The translations under genes and the position numbers were made by a program. A stretch of 64,000 bases of DNA from Octopus vulgaris (Eukaryota): NCBI GenBank assembly GCA_951406725.2, contig OX597821.1, forward strand, positions 11,160,001 to 11,224,000, read 5' to 3'. How positions within the stretch are numbered: position 1 is the first letter of the stretch; the number at the start of each line of letters is the position of its first letter. The notes below the pieces were generated by a model. The model did no database searches. It saw only the letters and a list, made by a program, of their open reading frames with translations, and was not told the DNA's origin. Shown here piece after piece: positions 39,207 through 53,273 of this stretch.

Positions 39207-39209
<3 letters not shown>
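38538..39209 (-). mobile_element. R4/Dong-like RLE LINE 3' end, copy 2 (tandem)
   Basis: Near-identical to copy 1, with the same truncation point and the same frameshift. Confidence 0.9.
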
Positions 39210-39279
<70 letters not shown>

Positions 39280-39280
<1 letters not shown>

Positions 39281-39625
39281 GAGTGAGAGAGCAGTTCATG
39301 CCATCAAAGTGACACTGGGGTAAAATATACGAAGCCCAATATACCCATCATGACTACCCGTCTGATAAAGGTACACCAGGCACATGCATCACAACCATAT
39401 GTGCGCGACATGGTGATCTCATATCAAGATAAACAGCACATGACCTTGCAGGTGGGGCCCAGTTAGAATTTTCTTCGGGTTGAGTAGCCCATCCCGCTCA
39501 AACGGTCCTTGAATAAGGGTTGTTTAAGGATGTTGAAAGAACCACCCATGTTTCCAGAGGTGAACTATTCAAACCCCAAAGAATCCCTCTCAACACATGG
39601 CTATGATGCTCCCCCACTACTTCTG
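39280..39625 (-). mobile_element. Non-coding interspersed element embedded in TAA arrays
   Basis: About 345 bp of complex sequence bounded on both sides by long (TTA)n. No ORF homology seen. Confidence 0.45.
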
Positions 39626-39639
39626 ATAATAATAATATC

Positions 39640-40110
<471 letters not shown>

Positions 40111-40122
40111 TCCTCATCAAAA

Positions 40123-40332
40123 GTGGCGAGCTGCCAGAATCATTAACAAGCTGGGCCAAATACTTAGCAGCATTTCTTTCGTCTTTACGTTCTTAGTTCA
40201 AACTCTACCGACGTTGATTTTGCCTTTCATCCTTTCGAGGTAGATGAAATAAGTACCAGTCACGCACTGGGTTGATGTAATCCAGTGGCACACGCTCCCA
40301 AAATTCCAGGCCGCGCGCTTTTAGTATAAAGA
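40123..40332 (+). mobile_element. SINE family B
   Basis: gtggcgagctgccagaatc...ttgcctttcatcctttcgaggtagatgaaataagtaccag. Confidence 0.8.
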
Positions 40333-40607
40333 TTATAATTGTTGTTGTTGTTGTTTTTGTTGTCAAATATATTGCTTTTGTTATAACTTTCCTTCAAACA
40401 AATTTTCTGATTGCGACTATAATTCTTGTAACTGAAGGAAAATTTTCTATATTCGAGTTTATTCTATCAGCGTATTCAGCGTATTGAAATGCTTAATATT
40501 TAATGAAATTTTAAATTGATGTTTTTCAATTGGAGTAATATCTGTGTGTGTATGCCTGGGTACTTCTGGGTGTACACATACACATACAGACGCACACACA
40601 TGCATCT

Positions 40608-40639
<32 letters not shown>

Positions 40640-40826
40640 ATTGAATTTACACATAAATTCTCTTTTTCTTTTTCTAATGTTAATTGAATTAACACGGGAA
40701 ACGTTATTCTGTTAGTGATGACTTATTTTGCTTTTTATTTGTAGCTCTCTTCTTCCTTTACAAATTTTGTTGATCACTTTTGAGATGTGAATAAATTTAA
40801 CATTTCTTCATACATATGTCGTTGGA

Positions 40827-41220
40827 ATGCCGAGCACAGAAAAATTAGTATTTCCAACACATTCTTCTCTTCGCATCCAATTACGATTCCAAACCTACCA
40901 AAGCTGCACGAGACATCTATGTTGCATAGAGAGGAGGCAATTTTACCGAACGAACTGCACAGAAATGGCTTTCTTAACTTCAAAAAGGAAACTGAATCCC
41001 ACAGCCCGTCCATGTTCCGGCCGACATGTTTAATTCAATAAGGATTTGTTGAACGCGGCCATCCACATGGAACCGCATCAATCCACGAAGGATGCTCTCA
41101 TGATACTGTTCCCCTTCATCACCCAGTGATGAAGGTCCAGAAACTTGGTGAATAGGTGCCTCACATTTTGAACGAAAGATACGAATTCCAGCGCTCCTCT
41201 ATCTCTGCTAGGTTCTTCAT
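40827..41220 (+). pseudogene. Decayed mariner transposase N-terminal fragment
   Basis: Across frames: YFQHILLFA..TKAARDI..ERTAQKW..SGR..KLGE*VPHILNE (HTH region plus WVPHxL-like motif). Confidence 0.72.
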
Positions 41221-41533
41221 TCGATACTAAGTTGGTCTAGGACACAAACAGAAATTTACCTCATTTTCCACCTGTGTGAAAACATATATAATGTTTTTAC
41301 GTTAATATAAAGGAGAGGAAACAGTGGGTGAATTCCGACAACCAAGCATTAACAAGAGCCGAGCCAAGGTTGCAATCAAGTTAGACAATGATCTGCGTTT
41401 AGAGGATTTGAGAAGTGTTAGCTGACTATGGATTCAGTTGGTCTGTATATGATGTCTTCACAAGACGAATACCGCTGGATTGTATTTCTATTAGTATATC
41501 CATGTTAACTAAGGTATACATATTACTTTTCCA

Positions 41534-41581
<48 letters not shown>

Positions 41582-42128
41582 TGAGTGTGTACATATATAT
41601 CGTAGACAAGCTTATCTACTTATTCTTAGAAATTGTTTCCAATGCTGCACGTTATAATCGAAACAAACGCTCATCTACGAAGTTTTAATCCTGCATCTCA
41701 ATCATCACCTGCAGAAATTTCACTGACCGCCAGTAGATAGACACTGCAGCTCAAAGTAGAGTCTTTTATAGTGTCACCCCTACTTCATCTGATAGTGTCA
41801 GGAGACAAAATGGATATAACAACAGGTAATTTCAAGTGATTTATACGCTACATGCGATCTTTCATATTAAGAGACAGAAAATTCTAGTTCTTTGTCTCGC
41901 TTCGTCTAGCGAAACAGTGACTAAAAGGAGCATCGCATCAATCATCTGTGAGAGGGATTCCTTATACTCACCTAGAAATTATTATCACATACTCTACGGC
42001 AATGACAATCTGTATATTGGAAGGGACTGCCGTATCTTTCATAGGAATCAGATACTTTGTTAAGGAACGTCAAAGTAGTACTACTGATGACACTGAATTA
42101 TCTCTATTATGTCTGAATGGCCAAAGTA

Positions 42129-42695
42129 TTGGATTGTCTGGGAAGTTCATGCCGATTTTTAAAGTAAAGAAAATGGTCAATAAATACTTGCCATTACATT
42201 TTTTAATCAACCAAATATGAAACATTTTGTCGCACAATGCGTCTCCATCTTTCCTTTAACTTGAAAATACCCTCTTCCCAGAAATGAGGTGGTTTCATGG
42301 CAAAGAATTCATCGAGGTATCTTTTTACGTCATCCAAGGAATTGAAATTTTTACCATTAAAACTATTCTGCACAGACGTGAATCAGTGGAAATCCGAAGG
42401 AGTAATATCTGGTGAATATGGAGGGTAGGGTAACCCATCCCAATCGAGCTGCAGCAATTTTTGTCTACTTCCCAAATCATCAATTGCCGAAAAAGAACTT
42501 TCTTATCTTCCAATTTAAAGAGTTACAGAATTAACACCGGTTATAGGAACATAAACCTTCTTCGACGAAAAGATAGCTTAAACTGTGTTCTAAATGGAGG
42601 TGTAGACAAATCCTATTTTATGGACTCAACCATGTTCTAAAATTAGTCGACAGGTAAGCTATTGTAAATCGGCACAAACTTTCCGGACAACCCAA
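42129..42695 (-). mobile_element. Internally deleted mariner with both TIRs and TA TSD
   Basis: TIRs ttggattgtctgggaagttcatgccgattt / aaatcggcacaaactttccggacaacccaa, flanked by TA. The minus strand encodes QKLLQLDWDGLPYPPYSPDITPSDFH..WEEGIFKLKERWRRIV (YSPD motif). Confidence 0.9.
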
Positions 42696-43173
42696 TACAA
42701 TTGCAATGCATATATTCCCTTTAAGCCTGTATGTAGATTATATCCTAGTGTACTATCACTGGATAATATATTCATCAGGAGATACTTATATCGTGTACTC
42801 ATGCTCGTTACAATAGCTACTAAGTAACCTGTGACCAATAATTTTTTTTATCTCTGTATATCGCTAAACTGTCGTTGTTATTTACAAAAATCCAGCTATG
42901 TTACTCTAGCGTCACGTTTTTTCTAGGACGTGGGGCTTGTAGTGAAAGGATTTTTACTACTCGCTGGATATACTATGCATATTCCATGACATGACCGATG
43001 GACCCCCAAATATTCACATCTAGATAGCAGCATATAAAAATTGTTTAACAACTAGCCAAACTCCAGCTGTAGATCTAAGAAGGTAGGAATTGTCTGCGCT
43101 TACAAATCTATAACTATTGAGTAAACTTATTAGTAAATATTTGTACCTGCAACTAAAAGTACACCTTCTTTCG

Positions 43174-43260
43174 TATGTATGTATGTATGTATGTATGTAT
43201 GTATGTATGTATGTATGTATGTATGTATGTATGTATGTATGTATGTATGTATGTATGTAT
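43174..43260. repeat. (TATG)n microsatellite
   Basis: Directly visible. Confidence 0.95.
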
Positions 43261-43429
43261 TGGCACCAGACATCTTGCTCCGGCTTGTCTCTGGATTATG
43301 TCAGTAGAGTGGAGAGGGTCTATGAGGTGTTGTGCAAGCCTTATTGGACCTAAAACTCTGCACAGGCATTGCCGACCTTTTCTTTTTTTTCCCTATATAT
43401 GTATGTATGTATGTATGTAAGTATATTTG

Positions 43430-43465
<36 letters not shown>

Positions 43466-43499
43466 ATCTATGTATCTGTCTGCCTGTCTGTCTATCGGT

Positions 43500-44714
43500 T
43501 CCTATATCACACAATGCATACGACACACCACACACACACACGACGCACCATAACACCTCACACACCACATACAAACCACATACATCACACACACAACACA
43601 CACCACACACACACATACACCACACACCACACATACCACGCACACGCAACACACACATCACACACATCACATACACATCCATCACAACCACCACACATCA
43701 CACACATCACATACACATCCATCACAACCACCACATACAGCCGCGCGCGCACACGCACTTACACACACACGCGCTCACACATACGCACACGCACTCACAC
43801 ACATCCACACGCACTCACACACATCCACACGCAACACAGACACGCAGTGCACACACAGCCACTCTCACCCGTCCACACAGTGACACTTCAGACTGCATCT
43901 CATACACCACGGAGACTGCCTCAACACACTATTGCCCATTCCATCTACGCACATTTTCGCTAAAACACGCATACACACCAACTGCCTCACCCACCCATAC
44001 ACATACCTATCACTATAGGCGCTGATCTTGCACTACCCTCATTATACACACAGTTACCACCACACATACACATGCTATCATAGACACACACTCAGTTACT
44101 GCCACACATACATGCACACAGATACCAACCATTCTTCAACCTCTCCTGTCCCAGAAACCACTTTGTCTTTGTCCCATTTATGGTCATTTCAAAATTTTAA
44201 CTACACGTGGACTGTTAGCGATTATTTCCTCCTATTTTTAGGATTTCCTATGTCTCCTATTTCCGAAAAGAGCCATGATCGAAACGTAAATCAACCACTC
44301 TTTTCTTTCTCTGAGCGTCTTATTGATACGTTACATGTGATACGTACACACGTTGTAGATATTTTCGTGTCTTTTTCTGCGTTTTTTAAATAACTACTTA
44401 TTGCACGCTCACACGGAACCCGTCCTTTCGACTACTTTGGAGTATCTAATTCGTGGATTTCTTTCTACCATTGGATTACTTTACCATATTCATTTCTGCA
44501 TCTTTGTGAATCACCAAATACATATATATATATATATATGTGACCTCGTGAGTACCGCCAGCGATTTTTTTCCTCTGTCTTCCTATGTTTCCGACGAAGA
44601 GCTCCGCTCGAAACGTTACACCCTCCTTTTTCCCTTCTTTCCTGATCGTCCAATAATACTTTATTTGTTCCACGTCCTCGCGTTGCTGTGTTTTTTTTGT
44701 GTTTTCTTGTTTGG

Positions 44715-44722
<8 letters not shown>
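43500..44722 (+). mobile_element. Penelope-like pseudo-LTR tandem with CA-rich body and two hammerhead-like motifs (44257-44290, 44586-44621)
   Basis: attt-ccgaaaa-gagccatgatc-gaaac-gta-aat and gttt-ccgacga-a-gagc-tcc-gctc-gaaac-gtt-acac. Each is followed by ctga(g/t)cgtc.ta.t.atac. The element ends at (TA)n. Confidence 0.55.
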
Positions 44723-44762
<40 letters not shown>

Positions 44763-44976
44763 GGACCCACATACATGCGCACAAGGAAACAAAAGTGAAC
44801 GCAGTGTAAATAACGGACAGAGTCAAAACTATTGAAAAGGTTGCAAGACGCAACGAAAATGTTAGGAAAATAAAAATAAGAAAAAAGTGGAAATTTTACG
44901 GCGAGCGTGTTACATTATAAGGCACACCAAGAAAATGACTCTCCCCAGACACAACAGAATATATATATATGTGTGT

Positions 44977-45022
<46 letters not shown>

Positions 45023-46202
45023 ACTCTAGAATGTCTAGGGCAACGAAAGGTTGTTTAACAAGTTAGCTTAGGTCGGGATGCGTATGCACGCATTCACACA
45101 CACACACCCACTCGTACATACACTTACAGAAGTGACGTTGGCCCAACGGCCCACATGGTCGATTTCGGCCGTAATTTATATAATTTATGGTTGGAAGACA
45201 AGCTCGCCAAAAGTCTGTCATTATAGTCATCTGAAGACTAGGGCAGCTCAGCTCGCAAACAGTGTCACTTGCTTCACATTGATATCACCGATGGTCAATT
45301 ACTCATCCCTACGTCCGTATATACATACATACATGCATACATACACTCACACATACATATACGCTTATACATACACACATCCATAAGTACATATCTACAT
45401 ATACATATGCATACACGTTGGCACCTACATACATACATATATATATTTATATATATACACATACACGCGTGCACCCACCCACACCTACAGGTGTACACAT
45501 ATACTCATATATAGTAACGCTTTCAGAACGCAACAGTAAGTAACTAGAGTATAGCTTTTTCAAAAACCGTAATTGACGATTTACTAAAAAGACCAAAAAT
45601 TCCACACAGTTATTATTATCTATGTTCCTACATGATACTTTTAGAACACAGCTGTGAGTCACAAAAATATGCAAAGTAAAAGGTATTAGATCATAGCCTC
45701 TAAACTAAAGTAACATATGAATTATCTAATGAGCCAAAAACATGCGTTTCTATATCTTTACAACAGATATTCAAGTTCATATATGTAACCTTACAATGCA
45801 GATATATATTAATAATAACATAAGCCAAAGATTAATTACTGCTTCAAAAATTAATGAGGCGGCAGAGATGCAGAGATCTAATCAGGATGCAGGAATGTGT
45901 ATTCGAATGTGTGCAAGTATGTGTGCATGTGTGCGTGTGTAGATGAAAGCATACATTTGTGTCAGTGTGTGGGGAAGATAGGGTGGAGTATGTCTGCGTG
46001 TATGCGTACGCACATGTATGTGCTGGTATTTGGATCATAAATGCATGCGTGAGTGTATTCCTGTCACAACCTGGAACCTTGAAGACTGTTTTAAGGCAAG
46101 AAAGTATACTAGTCCCTTAATATTTTATATTCAATATTTCATCTATTCAATAAGACAATCAATACTTCATTTCATTTTACTATATATATTATTTATGCTA
46201 TA

Positions 46203-46574
46203 TCTCTTTACTCTTACTCTTTTACTTGTTTCAGTCATTTGACTGCGGCCATGCTGGAGCACCACATTTTAGTACTTATTCTATCGGTCTCTTTTTGCCG
46301 AACCGCTAAGTGACGGGGACCTAAACACACCAGCATCGGTTGTCAAGCAATGCTAGGGGGACAAAAACAGACACACAAACACACACACATATACATATAT
46401 ATACATATATACGACAGGCTTCTTTCAGTTTCCGTCTACCAAATCCACTCACAAGGCATTGGTCGGCCCGGGGCTATAGCAGAAGACACTTGCCCAAGAT
46501 GCCACGCAGTGGGACTGAACCCGCAACCGTGTGGTTGGTTAGCAAGCTACTTACCACACAGCCACTCCTGCGCC
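46203..46574 (-). mobile_element. SINE family A with a short internal deletion
   Basis: Family A sequence lacking the gtcgagcaa..cccgggacttattc segment. Confidence 0.9.
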
Positions 46575-46684
46575 TATACATTCTATATTCTACATTAATA
46601 TTATAAAGAATATAAATAAAACACATAAAAGCAGAGTTGGAATTCCTTTGAATTATATCCCTCTATACACAATCATACAAACCC

Positions 46685-46722
<38 letters not shown>

Positions 46723-46757
46723 GAATATATGTGTGCATATGTGTTTATATGTATATA

Positions 46758-47398
46758 CGTGGGCTGATCAATAAGTATCCGGACTATTGCGATAGTAATG
46801 AAGCTAGAGCATGTAGAGTAAAGCCGCTAGGTACAGATAGGAATTGAGCTATCTGATGCATGCGCACTAAAATCTAGCATTCTACCTCACTTCCGCTGTT
46901 TACAGCAGTGATTCGAAGTACCATGTGTATCGTAAGTAATTTTGAGCTGAGAATCTGTATCAAATTTTGCCAAACGATTAGCGATGTCTGTTCAGAGGCC
47001 TACGAAAAATTTTCAAAAAGCTTTCATCGTTCTCGACACATTCAATGAGATTTTGTGTAACTGAAATCCGAGTGTCTTTTTGGTCAGCTGAAAGCAATTT
47101 TGGAACAAGCTTGGCAGACACGCGCCTCATAGCCAAATCTTCAGTCATAATAGACTGAACTGAACCGTAATTAATCTGAAACTACTCTGATAACACACGG
47201 ATGATGATTCAATGATTTGACCTCACAGCTGCGCGCACATCTGCGATGTCTTTCTCTATTCGGCTGGTTACGTGTCTTCCAAAACGTTCATCAATATCGA
47301 CATTTTTTCGGCCATCTTTGGAACTGTCTGAACCATTCGTACACTTGTGTGCGGCTCATACACTCCTCTCCATACACATTCTGCAACTTTGCGTAAAC
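46758..47398. mobile_element. Mariner relic with left TIR and an inverted transposase segment
   Basis: TA plus TIR cgtgggctgatcaataagtatccggact. Plus strand ELRICIKFC (~46940-46970). Minus strand 47010-47398: VYAKLQNVYGEECMSRTQVYEWF..MRRVSAKLVPKLLSADQK. Confidence 0.82.
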
Positions 47399-48925
47399 CT
47401 CAGACTTTATGGTAAAGATGAAGCCCAAGTCAGTTCCCTCGTTGAAACGGTTTATATCTTCAGTGCTGATATTGGAATGGAGTTCGGACTGAGAAAGTGT
47501 GGTGTTATAGTCTTGAAGAGAGGCAAAATCAATGTATATATGGGCTAACGATACCGTCGGGGGATGTTATAAAGCAGATAGAAGCGATGAGCTATAAGTA
47601 CTTGGGGGGTTTTGGAAATGGATAAATCGGTGGATAAAGAAATGACAGGAAAATTTAAGGTGGAGTACTTGCGCAGATTGAGACTGAGCCTTAAGTTGAA
47701 ATTAAGTGGACAGAAATAAGATCGAAGCTATCAACATCTGGGGTGTTTCACTCCTTAGATTTGGAGCAGGGGTAATCGCATGGACAGTAGACGAACTAAA
47801 CAGCTTAGACAGAAAGACAAGTATGTCGCTATCTAGATATGGGTCACTCCACCCAAAAAGTGACACAGATAGACGGCATGTTCCAAGAAAAAGAGGAGGA
47901 AGAGGACTTATTGGATGTGAACACAGCATTAGAGCAGAAGAAAATTATATAGCATGGTATGTAAAAATCGCTATTATTAGAAGTAAGAAGTCAGGTTTTT
48001 GTAGGATGAAAGATTGCAAAGAGAAAGCACTATACAAGGAATTGAAAACGAATGAAACTGAATATTGGTGGATAAAGAAAAGAATGCATGGTCAATTTCA
48101 TAGGAATGTTGGAGATAAGACAGACAGAGAAAAAAGATGGCTGTGGATGACTAAAAGGGATTTAAAACCGGAAACTGAGGCTCTAATCTGTGCTGCCTAA
48201 GAACAAGTACTAAGAACAAACTACATAAAATGCAGAATAGACAACACAGCAGAAAGTGGTAAGTGCAAAATCTTTGGATAAAACGGTGAAACCGTATGAT
48301 TACCAGCCAATGTACGCTACTAGCCCAGAAGGAATATAAGGGACGCCACGACAATATAACCAGGCTTGTCCATTGGACCCTCTGCAATAAGTATAGACTT
48401 GACAGAGCAAAAAACATTGTACAACCACAAACCTGAAGGCATTGTCGAAAATAAAAATGCCAAGATCCTAAGGATTTTATGATTCAGTGCGATTATGAGA
48501 TAGAGAATAGGAAGCCCGACATAGTCTTAATTGACAAAGAAAGTAAACTATGCTGGATCATAGATATAGCATGACCAGCTGATAACAAGGTATGTGACAA
48601 GGAAGAAAGAAATTTCGAGAGATATGAAAGGTTAGCATGGGACGTTAAGAAGTTGTGGTCGATGAAAAAGGTAGCAGTAGTACCAATAATTGTCGGAGCC
48701 TTGGGAAGAGTGAGCAAAAATCTCGAGAAGTATGTGGAACAAATAGGGGCTGCAATAAGGGTGGAGCACTTGCAGAAAACAGCACTGTTTGGAACCGCTC
48801 GAATATTCCGGAAGGTGCATGAAAAATAAGAGGTGTTACCTTAGTTCACTGGTAGTGAACAGCTGACACTGTAGTACATCTCCAGCGTTAGAAGCTGTGC
48901 AAAGGCAATTATAATAATAATAAGT
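47399..48925 (+). mobile_element. 5'-truncated R4/Dong-like RLE LINE (RT C-terminus, thumb, CCHC, RLE) with TAA tail
   Basis: DIGMEFGLRKC, YKYLG, HPKSDTDR..PRKRGGRGL, MHGQF, LKPETEALICAA, RHDN, KPDIVLIDK, VPIIVGALG, LQKTALFGTARI. Many disablements. Confidence 0.92.
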
Positions 48926-49071
48926 AACAACATAAGAATGAGACTTCGAAAGAAGATAAATAGAGGATTATTTATATATGTTATAATTTAGAGCAAACAG
49001 TAAAATATTGCCATTATAGTATTCGGGGTTTCGAATATCAAAGCGACAACCTACGATACATTCTCGTCGGC

Positions 49072-49141
<70 letters not shown>

Positions 49142-50266
49142 TTGTGTGTGTGTGAGTATGGTTTGCATAAAGATTACTCAATAATCCAATACATATTTGT
49201 TAATTATTTTTGCAGTACAATTGAGCAATTTGGCAAAATATGCAATGCGTTGTCTTTAAAGGAAATACGAAAATATTTAATTATATCCTTTAGGATGTTA
49301 AATAATGCTATATGATTCCGAGAAAAATCACTTTTACAAATATATTGAAAGTAAACTATCAATATGTTTCAAAGAAACCGATGTTATCGGTCAATCACAT
49401 CGCTCATATGTGTTTTATGCTGGGGTGGTTTTTTCTGAAGATAATTATTGGGGAAATATTTCCTTTAGAAATTCTCTCATATAATAGAAATTACTCCTTT
49501 CACAGTTGAGATCTTGACAATTCTAGAAGAGAAATTGAGATTGAGATTTTTAATAATTTAACATGGAACATTTTTGGTTTCAAGATTTTCATGTAATTTC
49601 CAACTGATGCTGGTTTGAAATTCTCTCAAGAAGAATAATTGAATCTATTGATCGTTTACTAAAAATTAAATACGAAGAACTGTTTCTTGTAAAAGTGTTG
49701 GCATGTCATCGTTAACGGATATCTTTCAGTAGTTAATAAAAATCTTTATTTTCATTCAATGTGAAACGTCATATTTCAGTGAATTAATATTTTCTTTATT
49801 GATCAGGAATAAAAGTTGAAAAATGTATCCAGTGTACTGAGAAGAAATGAAAGGCTGTTTATTTCCAACTTTTAAAAAACTATGTAAAGTCAATTACGAT
49901 CAAATGTCACCTATAAATGATAAATGGCATAAGGTAAACAGTTTGCGAAGCTTTTTTTTAAATTTCAAATTTAAAGCGTTTTCAGAAGCACTCTATGCAA
50001 ATTAAACTTGTGTTTTTTTCTTTTTTTTTATATCTAGTACACTATGGAATCATAAAGTTTAAGCAATATTGACATACGGATGCATATGACCTACTAGTCT
50101 TAGCATCCAAAACTATTTCAGATCATATGCAAATTTTAAATATGAAAACGATGGACAACTTAATCTTGGGTAAAATACACCGGGGATTAACAATAAAATG
50201 TTAAAAATATAAATACGATTCATTATAATCTGCTTGATCATGGTTCACTTTTAACTCAGTGACATG

Positions 50267-50615
50267 GGCGCAGGCATGGTTTTTTGGTAGGAAGCTAGCA
50301 TTATAACCTGTTTCGCGTTCAGTTTCACTGCGCGGATCTTTTGTTTGATGTCTTCTGCTTAAGCCTCGAGCAGATAAATGTCTTGTGAGTGAATTCGCTA
50401 TGCGGGCAATGCATGATAGCCTGTCACTAACACACGTACATATATACATATGTGTGTGTGTGTGTCTACATACACACACGCATATCCACGTGTGAGATGG
50501 GATGACTTTGTCACTTTTTGTCTGACAAACTGGTGTTGGTTGGCTTATGTCAGAGCAAACTTGCGATTTAGCAGAAGAGATCGATAGAATAAGCACTGGA
50601 TTCAGGTTATTCGAC
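50267..50615 (+). mobile_element. Old diverged SINE family A copy
   Basis: ggcgcaggcatgg..tggtaggaagct...gttcagtttcactgcg...agagatcgatagaataagcactgg. Confidence 0.7.
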
Positions 50616-51329
50616 AAGGTCCTATGAAAGCAATGAACCTAGATTCGAAATTTAAGAAATGGCACAGGTGATCCAGATCCAAAATTAAAGGATGGTATTT
50701 ATTTTATCCACCAAGGTAAGGGCGACAGACAATGCTGATCTTGCCGAGGTTCGAAATCAGACTGTAAGGAATTATAAACTAAATACAACACAGTATATTT
50801 AAGTTATAAGCGAGTGCACAGCTTGACAAACGTATTCAAAATGCTTAAGTAGACATTCTTATTCAGTGAATTTTGCTCTATTATCAGAAGATAATTAGGA
50901 TTCTTCTAAACAAAGACCTTACTCCGCCAATTTATATATTTCTCATCAATTTGTACAATGCTTTAAGCTGTAATAATTGATATTCATTTCTATTATTTCA
51001 TTCTGTTATATAATATCATATATTCATTAAAAATGTGTTTTCGTTTCATTTCATCTTACGCAAACAAATATTTAACCAATGTAATGCAAGTTATATATAT
51101 ATGTGTGTGTGTATGTATACATACATGCATAAATACATACTTGTATACATAAATACATATAGTTTACTGTCCCGTTATAGTCAGGATCAATAAGAAAGGC
51201 ACTCTGCCTAGTCTGAGATAAATATACTACTTCTACTACTACTGCTGCTGCTGCTGCTCTTGCTGTACTGCTGAAATATAACAACAACAACAACAACAAT
51301 AACAATAATTATAACAATAATTATAATAA

Positions 51330-51396
<67 letters not shown>

Positions 51397-51462
51397 TACA
51401 ACAACAGCAGCAACATCGAAAAATACCTTAGGAATGAGAACCCAGGTTCGAAATTTCCCCAA

Positions 51463-51508
51463 GACACCTGATGAAGGCTGGAGTGTATACCAGCCGAAAG
51501 TTTGTGTT
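51463..51508 (+). ncRNA. Minimal hammerhead ribozyme-like motif (stem III disrupted)
   Basis: gacac-CTGATGA-a-ggctgg-agtgtata-ccagcc-GAAA-gttt-gtgtt: stem I gacac/gtgtt and a perfect 6-bp stem II. Confidence 0.6.
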
Positions 51509-51939
51509 AACTACAAACAACATGAAGACAAATATCCGTCAAATGTAAATAATGTAAATAATGTAGATAACAAAGAAGTTCTTAAGGCCTGCTATCATAC
51601 CATGTATTCTCCAACAAATAAATCTAATACTGAACAAATCTACTTAACTGTAGACGGAAGCATATTGAAGTAAGATCCTACAAAGACAGTAACAAACTTG
51701 CCAACATCAGAAGAAGCATTATGAAAGAGAAATTACTAGCTGAATTGAAGATTGACCAAATGAAACAATCAGTAAGCGATAAAAGCTACGAATTTGCAGC
51801 TAAAGTAGATACTACAGTGGAAATAATTATAGACGAACCCAGGTCTGATGAAAATGTAGTAATGATAGAAAAAGTCAATGTAACCGATACGCCAAGTGAA
51901 ATACTGGTCAATTACTGAAATATGTAATCTTCACAGAAA

Positions 51940-53209
51940 AATACGAAAATAGTTTCCAGTGCATAGAATGCACCACCCTAAGGCAGAAATAGAACGACTT
52001 TACCTGACAAGAAAACAGGGTGGCTGTGGACTTTTACAGCTGAAATTAACAATTAAGATTGCCACATTTGGCCTGAACACCTTCCTGAAAAACTCTGATG
52101 ATTGGATGTTAAAACTTGTCTAAAAGCATGAAAACAAAGAAAGCATCATTCTCAGTAATAAAACAGGCAAAGGAATATCTAAGTGAATTCCAAATACAAG
52201 AAATCCCAGAATTAGACAAACTGGAAACAAGCACAGAAAATGCTAAGCGTATGAAAACCCGTACTAAAACTGCTGCCTTAGATATTCTTACTGATAAATA
52301 GCAAAGAAAACCTCTCAATGACGAATACCCAAAGAGAGCTTATAATACCGATATAATACCGATAGCAACCCAAGATCAATGCCTACCTACAAGGAGCTAC
52401 CAGGCCAACATAAAGAACGACAGTAGCCCACCATGTCGTGTATGTCAACAAAAAATGAAGCCATTGATCATGTTGTCTCCATATGCAGTCTTCTTGTGCC
52501 GACAGAGTTTCTGAACAGGTATGATAGAGCAGCATTGTATATTCACTGGGTAATTTTCAAAACCTTGGACATGCCTCGTGATAGAAACTGGTGAGAACAC
52601 AAGAACAGAAACCACCTCCAGTGCTTGAAAATGATCACATTTATCTCCTCTGGAACTTCACCGTTCAAACTGACAGAAAGATAGATGCCAATAGCCCATA
52701 CATTATATTGAAAGACATTAGACAAAAATTATGTCTCCTCATTGATATGACTGTCCCAATCGACATAAATTTATCTGTCAAGACCTACCAAACACTGAGC
52801 AAGTATAAAGATTTCGATATAGAAATTGGCAAAATGGGGAACCTCAAGACTAAAACAATACCCGTTGTCATAGGTGCCCTAGGAATGCTAGCAAAAAGGG
52901 GCTGATTCCTACCTATCTTAGATCACACGAAACTCTAATATGGCAGAAATTCGAAAAATAAAGTATATAGGAACCGCCCGTATCCTTCGTAAAATACTGT
53001 TTATGTAATCTCAAATTTTAAAACAAACTTTTAATTTTGTTATGATTTCTAAAGCATTTTCTTGAACAATACTATGTGCAAAACCAAATACATGACAGCC
53101 TAGCCATAACACCAGCTTGAACTTTTAACTTGTATCTTGAGGTCTCTGGGTGAGACTTGGAGCCAACTTGTACAAATACAAAGCAAAAGTCAAACATATA
53201 AAAGTAGCG

Positions 53210-53273
<64 letters not shown>

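Noticed and set aside
45228-45270. ctgaaga...gcaaacagtgtc hammerhead-like string
   Set aside because: The GAAA core is broken and no convincing stem I or II was found.
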